Assembly (NCBI GenBank): GCA_963798915.1
Contig: CAWCVB010000002.1
Location: 224,001 to 288,000 of the forward strand
Source: an uncultured Gemmatimonadales bacterium
Lineage (GTDB): Bacteria; Gemmatimonadota; Gemmatimonadetes; Gemmatimonadales; GWC2-71-9
Direction: 5' to 3'
Length of the DNA stretch: 64,000 nt
Part shown: piece by piece, positions 1-8,393 of the stretch
Position numbering within the stretch: the stretch's first letter is position 1
How the letters are laid out: each line of letters starts with the position of its first letter
Made by a program: the position numbers and the translations under genes
Notes under the pieces: generated by a model
Databases searched by the model: none
Seen by the model: the letters and a program-made list of their open reading frames with translations, nothing else
Told to the model about the DNA's origin: nothing

Positions 1-165
1 GATCACGGCGGCGAGCTCGGGGCGGAGGACTTTGATGGCGACTTGGCGGTCGTGTTTCAGGTCGTGGGCGAGGTAGACGGTGGCCATGCCGCCGTGACCC
101 AGTTCATGCTCAATGCGGTAGCGGCCGGCCAGCGCGGTGGTGAGGCGGTCGAGATCGGCGCTCAT
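1..165 (-). CDS. K0: Ser/Thr protein kinase, 5' part only (truncated by window edge)
   Basis: Manual translation from ATG at 165 gives [55 protein letters not shown] (Gly-loop and VAIK). The ATG overlaps the K1 stop (ATGA at 162-165). Not in the ORF track. Confidence 0.93.
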   Translation of the reverse strand, partial: MSADLDRLTTALAGRYRIEHELGHGGMATVYLAHDLKHDRQVAIKVLRPELAAVI

Positions 166-2882
166 CGGGTCACCGTGGCGATTCGCGTGTCCCAGTTGCC
201 GAGCAGACGCACCTCGCGCAGCGGAGGTTCGGTGGAGCGCTGCTTGAAAACGAAGCGATTGCCGCCCAGAGCCACGGCATAGTTGCGCCCGGGGAAGTCG
301 GCGACGGCAGCGCTGAAGAGCCACTGCGGCTCTCCGAACGGGCTGTCCGCGTTCGCCGGGTCGTAACGGACGGCATAGAAGCCCTGAACCACCCGGCCGC
401 GCGCCAGGTCACTTCGGTCACGGTCTCCCGCCGTCTTCACGAACGCGTTCCTGACATCCACCACGATGAATTCCTCACCGCCGGTGGCCCAGGCGGCCTG
501 GGAAAAGCGCGAGCCTCCCGCGATGACCAGGCGGCGGCCACGACCATCCAGGCTCCGCGCGACAATCGCCGTCTCCGACGCCCCGACCTCCTCGGAGACG
601 CGCCACTGCTCGTCCGGCGTGTAGCCACCAAGTGTGTTCTGGCCGATGAACGGCTCCATCGGGCGGCCGTCGGTGTGGAGGATCACCAGCTTGTCGTCCA
701 GCCAGGCACGGTAGCTCGCGGTGTCTGCCAGGGCGCTCACCTCCCTCGCTCCCTCGGGCAGCGCGAGGGCCCGCGGCGGCGCACTGCTCTCCGGATCGGC
801 GATGAATGTTCCGCTGTCGAGCGTGTACAGGACGTGTCGACCGTCGGGCATCCACTTCACTCCGGCGATGGTGGGCGCGCTGAACCATGGCGTCACCCGA
901 CCCGAGGCGATGTCGATGACCTGCAGTGCCCTGGCGCCCGTCGCCATCCCGACACTCACGACGAGGCGCCGGCCGTCAGGCGTCATGTCGATCGAATTGT
1001 AGTTTGCCGCCGGCGCCGGAATCGTGTCGAGCTTTCCGGTGCGGTCGGCCGCCACGAGCACTCCTTCCCCCGGAACGCCGCCCTGCGCCCACGCGACGAC
1101 CCCGCTTCGGGACACCCCGAATTGGGCGGCCCCACGGCCGCTTTCCACGCGGACACCTTCCGTCACGCTGACCGATGCGCCGGTGACCATTCCTTGCTTC
1201 GCATCGAACGGTGCGGCGTACAGCTGCCCGCCCGGCCCGACGTACAGGAGATGCCCGTCGCCATCGAGTCGGGCCATCGTCCCGCGGATCGCGTCGGCGG
1301 AGGTGGTAGATTGCCAACGCCGCAGCGCCGCCCTCGCGCCGGTCGTCAGGTTCATCACGCTCAGGCCGGACCGACTGGTGACGATGGCTCGGCGGCCGTC
1401 GGGGAGCGGCTCCGGCAGGCTGCACAAGTCGCAAGTGAACGCAGCCAGCGAGTCTCCGTTGGCTCCGAGCACCATCAGCTGCGTGGCGCGGCGGTTTGAC
1501 ACGAGGAGCCGACCATCCGGCAACCAGGCGCCGCCGAATGGATCGCTCAAGGTGGAAGACAGTCTGCGCACCTGGCCGTCGGCGAACGTGACCCGCTTGA
1601 GGTTGTTCGCCGCGAAGAAGGCGACGGCGTCACTGGCCGGCGAGAAGAAGGGCGCGATGGCGCCCTCGGTCCCGTCGAGAGCCCGCACGGAGAAATCGGC
1701 AAGCTGACGCAGGTACAGTTGGGTGCGGTTTCCGTGCCGGGCCACGAACACCAGCTTCGACCCATCCGGCGAGAGTGCGATCGTCGGCATTCCCTCCGGA
1801 TTGTTGGAGAACGGATCGAGGGCGAGTGAGTCCGGCAGCGTGACGCTCGCACCCCACGACACGATTCCCGGGGAGGACCTCGCCGGGCGCAGCCAACCCC
1901 ACAGCGCCGCGACCGCGAGGACGGAGAAGGCGACGATCCGGACCGCGCCCGCACGTCTTCCCGTGGCGGCGGCATTGCGCGTTCTCAACCCGGCGGTGCG
2001 CCGCGGCCGCGAGGCGGAGACATCGCCGAGCGCCGCCGCGAACTCCGCGGCGCTGGTGAAGCGGTCGGCCGGGAGCTTGGCCAGCGCCGTCAGCACCGCA
2101 TCCTCGACGGATTCGGGCACGGTGTCGCGCATGCGGGTCGGTGGCACCGGCTTTTCGGTCATCACCTTGGCGACGATCGCCTGCGCGGTGCTGCCGGTGA
2201 ACGGCGGATCGCCCACCAGCATCTCGTAGGTCATCGCACCGAGGGCGTAGATGTCGCTGCGGGCGTCGAGGGTGCGCTCGCCCATCGCCTGTTCCGGCGA
2301 CATGTAGTGCGGGGTGCCGAGACTCATGCCGGTCTCGGTCATGCGGGAGCCACCACTGGTGGCGGCGAGTGCGATCCCGAAGTCGGCGACCAGAGCGCGG
2401 CCATCGTGCAGGAGGATGTTCTCGGGCTTGATGTCGCGATGGATCACGCCGTGGCGATGGGCGTAGTCGAGCGCGCCGGCGACTTCGGTGGCGATGCGGA
2501 TCGCGTCAGGGATGGGGAGCTGCTTCTCGCGCGTCAGCCTGTCGCGCAGCGACTCGCCTTCGACGTAGGGCATGACGTAGTAGACGTGAGTCGTGGGTCG
2601 CGGGTCGCGAGAGTCGTCTGCGTACTCCACCTGTCCCGAATCGAACAGCGGGAGGATGTGGGGGTGCTGCAGGTTCGCGGTGGTCTGGATCTCCGACAGG
2701 AACCGCTCGGCGCCGATCACCGCGGCGAGTTCCGGACGCAGGACCTTGATCGCCACCCTGCGGTGGTGTTTCAGGTCCTCGGCGAGATAGACCGTGGCCA
2801 TTCCGCCCTGCCCCAGCTCGCGCTCGATGCGGTAGCGGTCGGCGAGGCCGGTCCGAAGCCCGGCCGACGGACCCTCGCTCAT
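162..2882 (-). CDS. K1: Hanks-type Ser/Thr kinase + TM + TolB/PD40-like beta-propeller (906 aa)
   Basis: True start [10 protein letters not shown] at 2882 (ATGA overlap with K2 stop). Motifs [56 protein letters not shown] repeats. The ORF-track extension to 3632 is a shadow of K2. Confidence 0.92.
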   Translation of the reverse strand: MSEGPSAGLRTGLADRYRIERELGQGGMATVYLAEDLKHHRRVAIKVLRPELAAVIGAERFLSEIQTTANLQHPHILPLFDSGQVEYADDSRDPRPTTHVYYVMPYVEGESLRDRLTREKQLPIPDAIRIATEVAGALDYAHRHGVIHRDIKPENILLHDGRALVADFGIALAATSGGSRMTETGMSLGTPHYMSPEQAMGERTLDARSDIYALGAMTYEMLVGDPPFTGSTAQAIVAKVMTEKPVPPTRMRDTVPESVEDAVLTALAKLPADRFTSAAEFAAALGDVSASRPRRTAGLRTRNAAATGRRAGAVRIVAFSVLAVAALWGWLRPARSSPGIVSWGASVTLPDSLALDPFSNNPEGMPTIALSPDGSKLVFVARHGNRTQLYLRQLADFSVRALDGTEGAIAPFFSPASDAVAFFAANNLKRVTFADGQVRRLSSTLSDPFGGAWLPDGRLLVSNRRATQLMVLGANGDSLAAFTCDLCSLPEPLPDGRRAIVTSRSGLSVMNLTTGARAALRRWQSTTSADAIRGTMARLDGDGHLLYVGPGGQLYAAPFDAKQGMVTGASVSVTEGVRVESGRGAAQFGVSRSGVVAWAQGGVPGEGVLVAADRTGKLDTIPAPAANYNSIDMTPDGRRLVVSVGMATGARALQVIDIASGRVTPWFSAPTIAGVKWMPDGRHVLYTLDSGTFIADPESSAPPRALALPEGAREVSALADTASYRAWLDDKLVILHTDGRPMEPFIGQNTLGGYTPDEQWRVSEEVGASETAIVARSLDGRGRRLVIAGGSRFSQAAWATGGEEFIVVDVRNAFVKTAGDRDRSDLARGRVVQGFYAVRYDPANADSPFGEPQWLFSAAVADFPGRNYAVALGGNRFVFKQRSTEPPLREVRLLGNWDTRIATVTR

Positions 2883-5527
2883 GGTGCCGCCTTCGGCGCG
2901 AGCTTGGCGAACCAGTTGTCGACCCAGACCACGTCGGGCGCCGCACCACCGGCCGCCCGACGCTCCCGCGTGAAGAGAAACGCGCCGTCGGCCAGCGCGG
3001 CATACCCCTGATGCCAGGGATCGACCGAGAACGCCGATGCGTCGAACAGCGGACGCACCGACAGCGCCGAAAACGTGGGCTTCGTGGCGATCTGCGCGGC
3101 CTCCAGGCGCGTGTCGGCATCGAGGAAGTACAGCTCGCGCCCATTGGGAGACCACACCGGCGAAGTGCCGCCGCGGCTCGAGATCTGCCAGGGCCCCCCG
3201 CTGGCCTCTGGAAACGGCTGCACGTACACCTCGTTCCGGCCCGAGGTGTTCGACGTGTACGCCAGCCATCGGCCGTCGGGGGAAAGCGCCGGGTGCGCTT
3301 CGGTGGCCGCTGTGGCCACGACCCGTCTCATGGCGGTATCGCTCGTCAGGCGCCGAGCCAGGATGTCCCCCGCGCCGGGCGTGCCGTTGTCGGTCCGCAC
3401 CACCAGCCACTCGCCGTCCCGGGAGAGCTCCAGCTCCTGCAGCAGCAGGTCCGAGCCGGCGACGACGTGTTCGGGACTGCTGCCGTCCGCCGGGCGGCTC
3501 ATGACACTGGTCGCGTTGGCGCTGTCGCGGAGCCAGAAGACCGACCGCCCGTCGCCGGACCACGTCGGCCGCTTGTCCGACCCCCCGAAGCTGACCCGGG
3601 TCGGCGGGGCGCCATCGAGCGGGGCGATCCACATCCCGCCGTCGACGGCATCCTGGCCGGACCAGATCGCGAGGCGGCCGCCAGTGGGGGACAGGGCGAA
3701 CGAATAGGCGGGACCGTGCCAGGCCGTATCCGCCGGGTAGGCCGCGCCGTCCCGGTTGACCCGCACCAGCTCGAGGTCGGGATGGGCACCGGGGTCACGG
3801 ACATAGACGATCGTCCCCGACGGCGATACGGTGAGCTCGGCAAAGCCGGGGCTCACGAACACACCGTCGAACGCCGGCACCGCCGCGCCGCCGATGGTGA
3901 GATGCGCCAGGTCGAACGGCACGATCATCGCGACGCCATCGGGCCGCACGTAGAGCAGTCGCCCCCCAGGCAGATACCACGCCTGCTCCACGTTCTCCAG
4001 CAGCCGGTTCACGCGGTGGGTGCGCAGGTCGAGCGCGTAGATCGCGAGGGAGCTGCACCGTCGGGCGCAGGCCTGGAAGAGAATGCCGCGCCCGCCGGGA
4101 AGCGGCTGGGGAAAGCGCATGCCGGCGCCCGGATTCGGTGTGTGGGGCAGCACCACCTCCGCCCGGCCGCCAGCGTCGCTGACCCGGCGCAGCGACTGGG
4201 TGGTCGAGGACACGTAGATGATGGTGCCGTCGTCCAGCCACGCGGGGCCGCCCGGCTCGGTGGCCGCGCTGTCACCGATGGTGCTCACCGGCCCGCCCGT
4301 CACGCGGATCTTCCTGAGCTGCCCGTCGGCCACGAAGGCGATCCACTGACCGTCGGGCGAAAATACCGGCATGAGCGCGCGCTCGGTGCCGGGAAGCACG
4401 ATCGCAGAGAGCGCGGAGCGGCGCTTGAGCACCAGGCGTGCCGCGGGTGAGTCCTCCTGGTACGCGACGATTGAGCCGTCCGGCGAGAGCGCGAGGAGGG
4501 GGGACCTCGAACGCGCCACCCGACGCTGCATCTTCGGGAGCGTGACAACCTGCCAGGTGGCGGTGAGCGCGGGAGCCGGTGGGTGCCGCCAGCGCCAGAC
4601 CAGGATCGGCAACGCGACCAGCGCGAGGACCCAGCCGGCCGCCATCGGAACGAGCAGCCGGTGCGAACGGGATGCGCGCGCCGTCTGCAGGGACAGGGTC
4701 GGCGTCGGGTTGGCGAGCGCCGCCGCGAATTCGGCCGCCGTCGCGAAGCGGTCGGCCGGAAGCTTCTGGAGCGCGTAGAGCGTCGCCATCTCGATTCCCG
4801 CCGGCACCGTCTTCCGGAGCTGATGCGGCGGCACCGGCTCGGCAGTCATCACCTTCGCCACGATCGCCTGCGCCGTAGGGCCGGTGAATGGCGGCTCCCC
4901 CGTGAGCATCTCGTAGAGCACCGCGCCCAGCGCGTAGACGTCGCTCCGGGCGTCGAGGGTCCGCTCTCCCATCGCCTGCTCGGGACTCATGTAGGTCGGC
5001 GTGCCGAGCGACATCCCGGTCTCGGTCATCCGCGTCCCCGCGCTCGAGGCGGCTAGCGCGATTCCGAAATCGGCCACCAGCGCGTTGCCGTCGTGCAGGA
5101 GGATATTTTCCGGCTTGATGTCGCGGTGGATGACGCCGTGGCGGTGCGCGTAGTCGAGGGCGGCGGCCACCTCGGTGGCAATCCGCACGGCCTCGGCGAC
5201 GGCGAGCTGCTTTTCGCGGGTGAGCCGGTCGCGGAGTGATTCGCCCTCGATGAACGGCATCGCATACCAGAGCAGTCCGCCGGCATCGCCCGAGTCGATC
5301 AGCCCCAGGATGTGCGGATGCTGCAGGTTCGCGGTGGTCTTGATCTCCGAGAGGAACCGGTCGGCGCCGATCACGGCGGCGAGCTCGGGGCGGAGGACTT
5401 TGATGGCGACTTGGCGATCATGCTTGAGGTCGTGGGCGAGGTAGACCGTGGCCATGCCGCCGGCGCCGAGCTCGCGCTCGATGGTGTAGCGGTCAGCGAG
5501 TGCGGCCCGGAGCGAGTCGATACTCAC
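2879..5527 (-). CDS. K2: Ser/Thr kinase + TM + PD40/TolB-like beta-propeller (882 aa)
   Basis: Complete kinase motifs, TM LLVPMAAGWVLALVALPILVW, many SPDG/WSGDG repeats. GTG start preceded by GGAGGTG Shine-Dalgarno. Confidence 0.93.
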   Translation of the reverse strand: MSIDSLRAALADRYTIERELGAGGMATVYLAHDLKHDRQVAIKVLRPELAAVIGADRFLSEIKTTANLQHPHILGLIDSGDAGGLLWYAMPFIEGESLRDRLTREKQLAVAEAVRIATEVAAALDYAHRHGVIHRDIKPENILLHDGNALVADFGIALAASSAGTRMTETGMSLGTPTYMSPEQAMGERTLDARSDVYALGAVLYEMLTGEPPFTGPTAQAIVAKVMTAEPVPPHQLRKTVPAGIEMATLYALQKLPADRFATAAEFAAALANPTPTLSLQTARASRSHRLLVPMAAGWVLALVALPILVWRWRHPPAPALTATWQVVTLPKMQRRVARSRSPLLALSPDGSIVAYQEDSPAARLVLKRRSALSAIVLPGTERALMPVFSPDGQWIAFVADGQLRKIRVTGGPVSTIGDSAATEPGGPAWLDDGTIIYVSSTTQSLRRVSDAGGRAEVVLPHTPNPGAGMRFPQPLPGGRGILFQACARRCSSLAIYALDLRTHRVNRLLENVEQAWYLPGGRLLYVRPDGVAMIVPFDLAHLTIGGAAVPAFDGVFVSPGFAELTVSPSGTIVYVRDPGAHPDLELVRVNRDGAAYPADTAWHGPAYSFALSPTGGRLAIWSGQDAVDGGMWIAPLDGAPPTRVSFGGSDKRPTWSGDGRSVFWLRDSANATSVMSRPADGSSPEHVVAGSDLLLQELELSRDGEWLVVRTDNGTPGAGDILARRLTSDTAMRRVVATAATEAHPALSPDGRWLAYTSNTSGRNEVYVQPFPEASGGPWQISSRGGTSPVWSPNGRELYFLDADTRLEAAQIATKPTFSALSVRPLFDASAFSVDPWHQGYAALADGAFLFTRERRAAGGAAPDVVWVDNWFAKLAPKAAP

Positions 5528-5586
5528 GTGCTCACCTCCACGGGGAGGCGGGCAGGGTGAGCTGGAAGGAACATGCCGGGACTCAT
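5524..5586 (-). CDS. Putative 20-aa coupling mini-ORF MSPGMFLPAHPARLPVEVST
   Basis: AAGGAG SD just upstream of ATG at 5586. Its TGA overlaps the K2 GTG start (GTGA at 5524-5527). Confidence 0.5.
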   Translation of the reverse strand: MSPGMFLPAHPARLPVEVST

Positions 5587-5608
5587 GCGGACTTCTCCTT
5601 GTGGTGCC

Positions 5609-8245
5609 CTACCACTGGGCGACCCACACATCGAGGGTCGGCACGTTGGTGCGCACGGCCATGCGAAGGCCGTCGTTGGAGAATGACACCCCCGCGGCAA
5701 ACGGGATCGGGAAGTCGCTCCCCCGCCGCAAGGCACCGGTGGCCGGGTCGAGTCGATAGAATCCCGCCGAGGCGACGGTCTCGGAGATGACCAGCTCGAC
5801 CGAGCCGTCGGGCATCCAGTGCAATCCGGGAACGAAGTCGAACACGGCGCGGAGGACGGCCGTGCCTTCGGCGGCGCCGGGCGGGACGCGGAAGACCACC
5901 ACCGAGTCGCCGACCGGATAGTTGAATCCCCAGCCGATGAGGCCGAAGCCCCACGGGGAGTCCTCGACTTCGATGACCCGGAGCGGCGGAATGCGCACGG
6001 TCCGGATCTCCCCGGATGGTGGACGAATCGCGAGTGAGGCCGGAGCGTCGGCGAATTGCCAGGCGAGTCCACCATCGGCCATCACCTCGAGCCCGGTGAT
6101 GGGGGCGCTGTCGGGAAATGTCCCCTGGGCACGCCGGCTGCCGTCGGTCAGTTCCAGCGAGGAAATCCTGATATTCGCTCCGTCACGGTGCAGCAGGACC
6201 ATCGCAGATCCGTCGACCGTGCGCGAACGATCGACCACGTCGGGAACGGGTGCGCCAAGATTCCGCTCCGGGCCGCCGGCGAACGGCTGCACGGCGAACT
6301 GCACCACCGGCATCCCCTGGCCCGAGGCCGATGTGCGAATCAGGATCACCGATTCCCCGTCGCTGCCCATCAGGACCGAGAGCTGTCCGGTCGCGGCGGC
6401 CACCTGCCGGGCTACCACCCCGGCGTCGGCGATCGTCCGCCGGGAAACCGCAACCGCGCTCGCTTGGTAGGTCCCCGCGAGGTAGGCGATGCCGCCCGCG
6501 GAGATGGTCAGGAGCTCCATGGGGATCGACGAGAGGACCACTTGCCGTTCGCGGCTGAACCGGCCGGCATCGTCGAGCCGGTAGGCAGCGATCGTGAGCA
6601 GCCCGCTGCCGCCGGAATCGGCCGTGGCCACCACGAATTCATCGGGGCGCCGGAATCCCGCGGATCGCACGCGCGGGAGTGACATCGAATCCCTGGCCAC
6701 GCCGCGGCGATCGAAGACGATGAGCTGGCCCGGCGACCCGCTGGCACCGATCACGATCCAGCGACCATCCGGCGAGGACCTCCAGGCGAACGCCGACGCA
6801 CCCTGACGCTCGATGATGAGGGAATCACCCCGGCTCGGATCGATCGACGTCGTGGCACGAAACGCGAGCCGCCCCGGCGCCAGCTCATCGGCGATCAGCA
6901 GGGAGTCGCCGCCCGCGATCGAACTCACGGCGCTGCCGGGAATGAGGCGCGGGCTCGCGCCGCCCAGGGCAGGCACCAGGTAGTACCCGATCGAGCCGTG
7001 CTCGGGCAGGCCGACGAACAGCAGATTGCGACCGTCGACGGTCCAGGCAACGTCATAGACTGCCGCGAGGTTGCCCACCGTCCGCAGGGTGCCCGAGCCG
7101 ACGACGTCCTGCACCACCAGGGCATAGGTACAGCGGCCGTTCGCACCACACTCCCGGTTGGCGTAGGCCACGCGCTGGCCGTCGGGCGAGAGCGCCACGG
7201 CACCCTCGGCGGTCCCCGAGACGGTCACCTGTCGGCGAGGTGCATTGAGGATCACCGGCGCGCTCGACGGCCGCAGCACACGCCAACCGATCGCGGCCAC
7301 GGCGACCACGGCGACACCGGCGAGAGCTGGCACCAGCCACCGCCGCCGGCCGGGCGCCGCCCGCCAGCCCGCGATCGGCCGGGTGGCCGTCGGCGTGATG
7401 CCCGTGCTTGGCGTGGCCTGCCCCTCGAGCAGGTGGAGGAGTTCCTCGGCGTGCTGGTACCGATCGGCAGGACGCTTCGCGAGACAGCGCATCACGATCT
7501 GTTCGAGTGGCGGCGCGATGGCGCTTCGGCGTCGGGCAACCGGCTCCGGCGCCTCGGTGACCTGCGCGGCGAGTACCTGCTGTGGCGTGGCGGCCACGAA
7601 CGGCGGGCGTCCGGTGAGCATCTCGTACGCCACCACGCCAAGCGAATAGATGTCGGACCGATGATCTACGTGCGGATCGGCGGAGGCCTGTTCGGGCGAC
7701 ATGTAGGTGGGCGTGCCGACCGCCACGCCGAGTGTCGTGATGGTGTTCCGGCCGGTGGCTTCGGAGATGGCCTTGGCCACCCCGAAGTCGGTGACCAGCG
7801 CGTGGCGCCCCGACATCATGATGTTGTCCGGCTTCACGTCGCGATGGACCACCCCCATCTGATGGGCGTGGGCCAGCGCATCGGCCACCTCCACCAGGAG
7901 TCGCACGGCCTCGTGCACCGGCAACTCCCCCTCGCGCGCCAGCCGCTCACGGAGCGATTGCCCCGGCACGTAGGGCATGACGTAGTAGAGGAAGCCGTCG
8001 GCGGCGCCGGAATCGAGCAGTGGCAGGATATGGGGATGTTGGAGCTGGGCGGCGATCTCGATCTCGCGCAGGAACCGGGTCGATCCCATCGACGCGGCGA
8101 GGTCTTCACGCAGGACCTTGATCGCCACTTTGCGATGGTGCTTGAGGTCCTCCGCCAGGTAGACGGTGGCCATGCCGCCCTGCCCGAGTTCGCGCTCGAT
8201 GCGGTAGCGGTCGGCGAGGGCTCCCCTGAGCGAATCGATGCTCAT
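5609..8245 (-). CDS. K3: Ser/Thr kinase + TM + divergent beta-propeller (878 aa)
   Basis: VAIK, HRDVKPDN, DFG, GTPTYMSPEQ; TM WLVPALAGVAVVAVAAIGW; ALSPDG/SSPDG repeats. Confidence 0.92.
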   Translation of the reverse strand: MSIDSLRGALADRYRIERELGQGGMATVYLAEDLKHHRKVAIKVLREDLAASMGSTRFLREIEIAAQLQHPHILPLLDSGAADGFLYYVMPYVPGQSLRERLAREGELPVHEAVRLLVEVADALAHAHQMGVVHRDVKPDNIMMSGRHALVTDFGVAKAISEATGRNTITTLGVAVGTPTYMSPEQASADPHVDHRSDIYSLGVVAYEMLTGRPPFVAATPQQVLAAQVTEAPEPVARRRSAIAPPLEQIVMRCLAKRPADRYQHAEELLHLLEGQATPSTGITPTATRPIAGWRAAPGRRRWLVPALAGVAVVAVAAIGWRVLRPSSAPVILNAPRRQVTVSGTAEGAVALSPDGQRVAYANRECGANGRCTYALVVQDVVGSGTLRTVGNLAAVYDVAWTVDGRNLLFVGLPEHGSIGYYLVPALGGASPRLIPGSAVSSIAGGDSLLIADELAPGRLAFRATTSIDPSRGDSLIIERQGASAFAWRSSPDGRWIVIGASGSPGQLIVFDRRGVARDSMSLPRVRSAGFRRPDEFVVATADSGGSGLLTIAAYRLDDAGRFSRERQVVLSSIPMELLTISAGGIAYLAGTYQASAVAVSRRTIADAGVVARQVAAATGQLSVLMGSDGESVILIRTSASGQGMPVVQFAVQPFAGGPERNLGAPVPDVVDRSRTVDGSAMVLLHRDGANIRISSLELTDGSRRAQGTFPDSAPITGLEVMADGGLAWQFADAPASLAIRPPSGEIRTVRIPPLRVIEVEDSPWGFGLIGWGFNYPVGDSVVVFRVPPGAAEGTAVLRAVFDFVPGLHWMPDGSVELVISETVASAGFYRLDPATGALRRGSDFPIPFAAGVSFSNDGLRMAVRTNVPTLDVWVAQW

Positions 8246-8304
8246 GCGCCGACCCCGTCGGGAAACCGAGTCGAAGGGCTTGTCCTGAGCCGTTCCAGGC
8301 TCAT
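8242..8304 (-). CDS. Putative 20-aa mini-ORF MSLERLRTSPSTRFPDGVGA (kinase-N-terminus-like)
   Basis: ATGA overlaps at both ends (8301-8304 and 8242-8245). First 9 codons resemble the K4 start ATG ACC CTG GAC CGC CTC AGG GCA AGC. Confidence 0.55.
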   Translation of the reverse strand: MSLERLRTSPSTRFPDGVGA

Positions 8305-8393
8305 CGCGAATGCCTGTCGCGCGGAAAAGCCGAAGGGGCGGTGTTGCGGCGGTCGAGCGCGACTGCCGTGAGCGCAGCGGAAGAGTCGTTCAC
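8301..8393 (-). CDS. Putative 30-aa mini-ORF MNDSSAALTAVALDRRNTAPSAFPRDRHSR (kinase-N-terminus-like)
   Basis: GTG overlaps the K4 stop (GTGA at 8390-8393), and its stop overlaps the next mini-ORF ATG. The MNDS start matches K18 (MNDSVEQL). Confidence 0.5.
   Translation of the reverse strand: MNDSSAALTAVALDRRNTAPSAFPRDRHSR

Noticed and set aside
2883..3632. N-terminal extensions of ORF-track calls (K1 to 3632, K5 to 14255, K6 to 16156, K10 to 27081, korA from 47104)
   Set aside because: They overlap the upstream gene out of frame and are low-complexity Arg/Gly/Pro-rich. The true starts sit at start/stop junctions matching paralogue N-termini.
8270..8290. GTCGAAGGGCTTGTCCTGAGC resembles dispersed REP-like repeats recalled from other bacteria
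   Set aside because: Single partial copy in the window and the resemblance is from memory only. It needs a genome-wide search.
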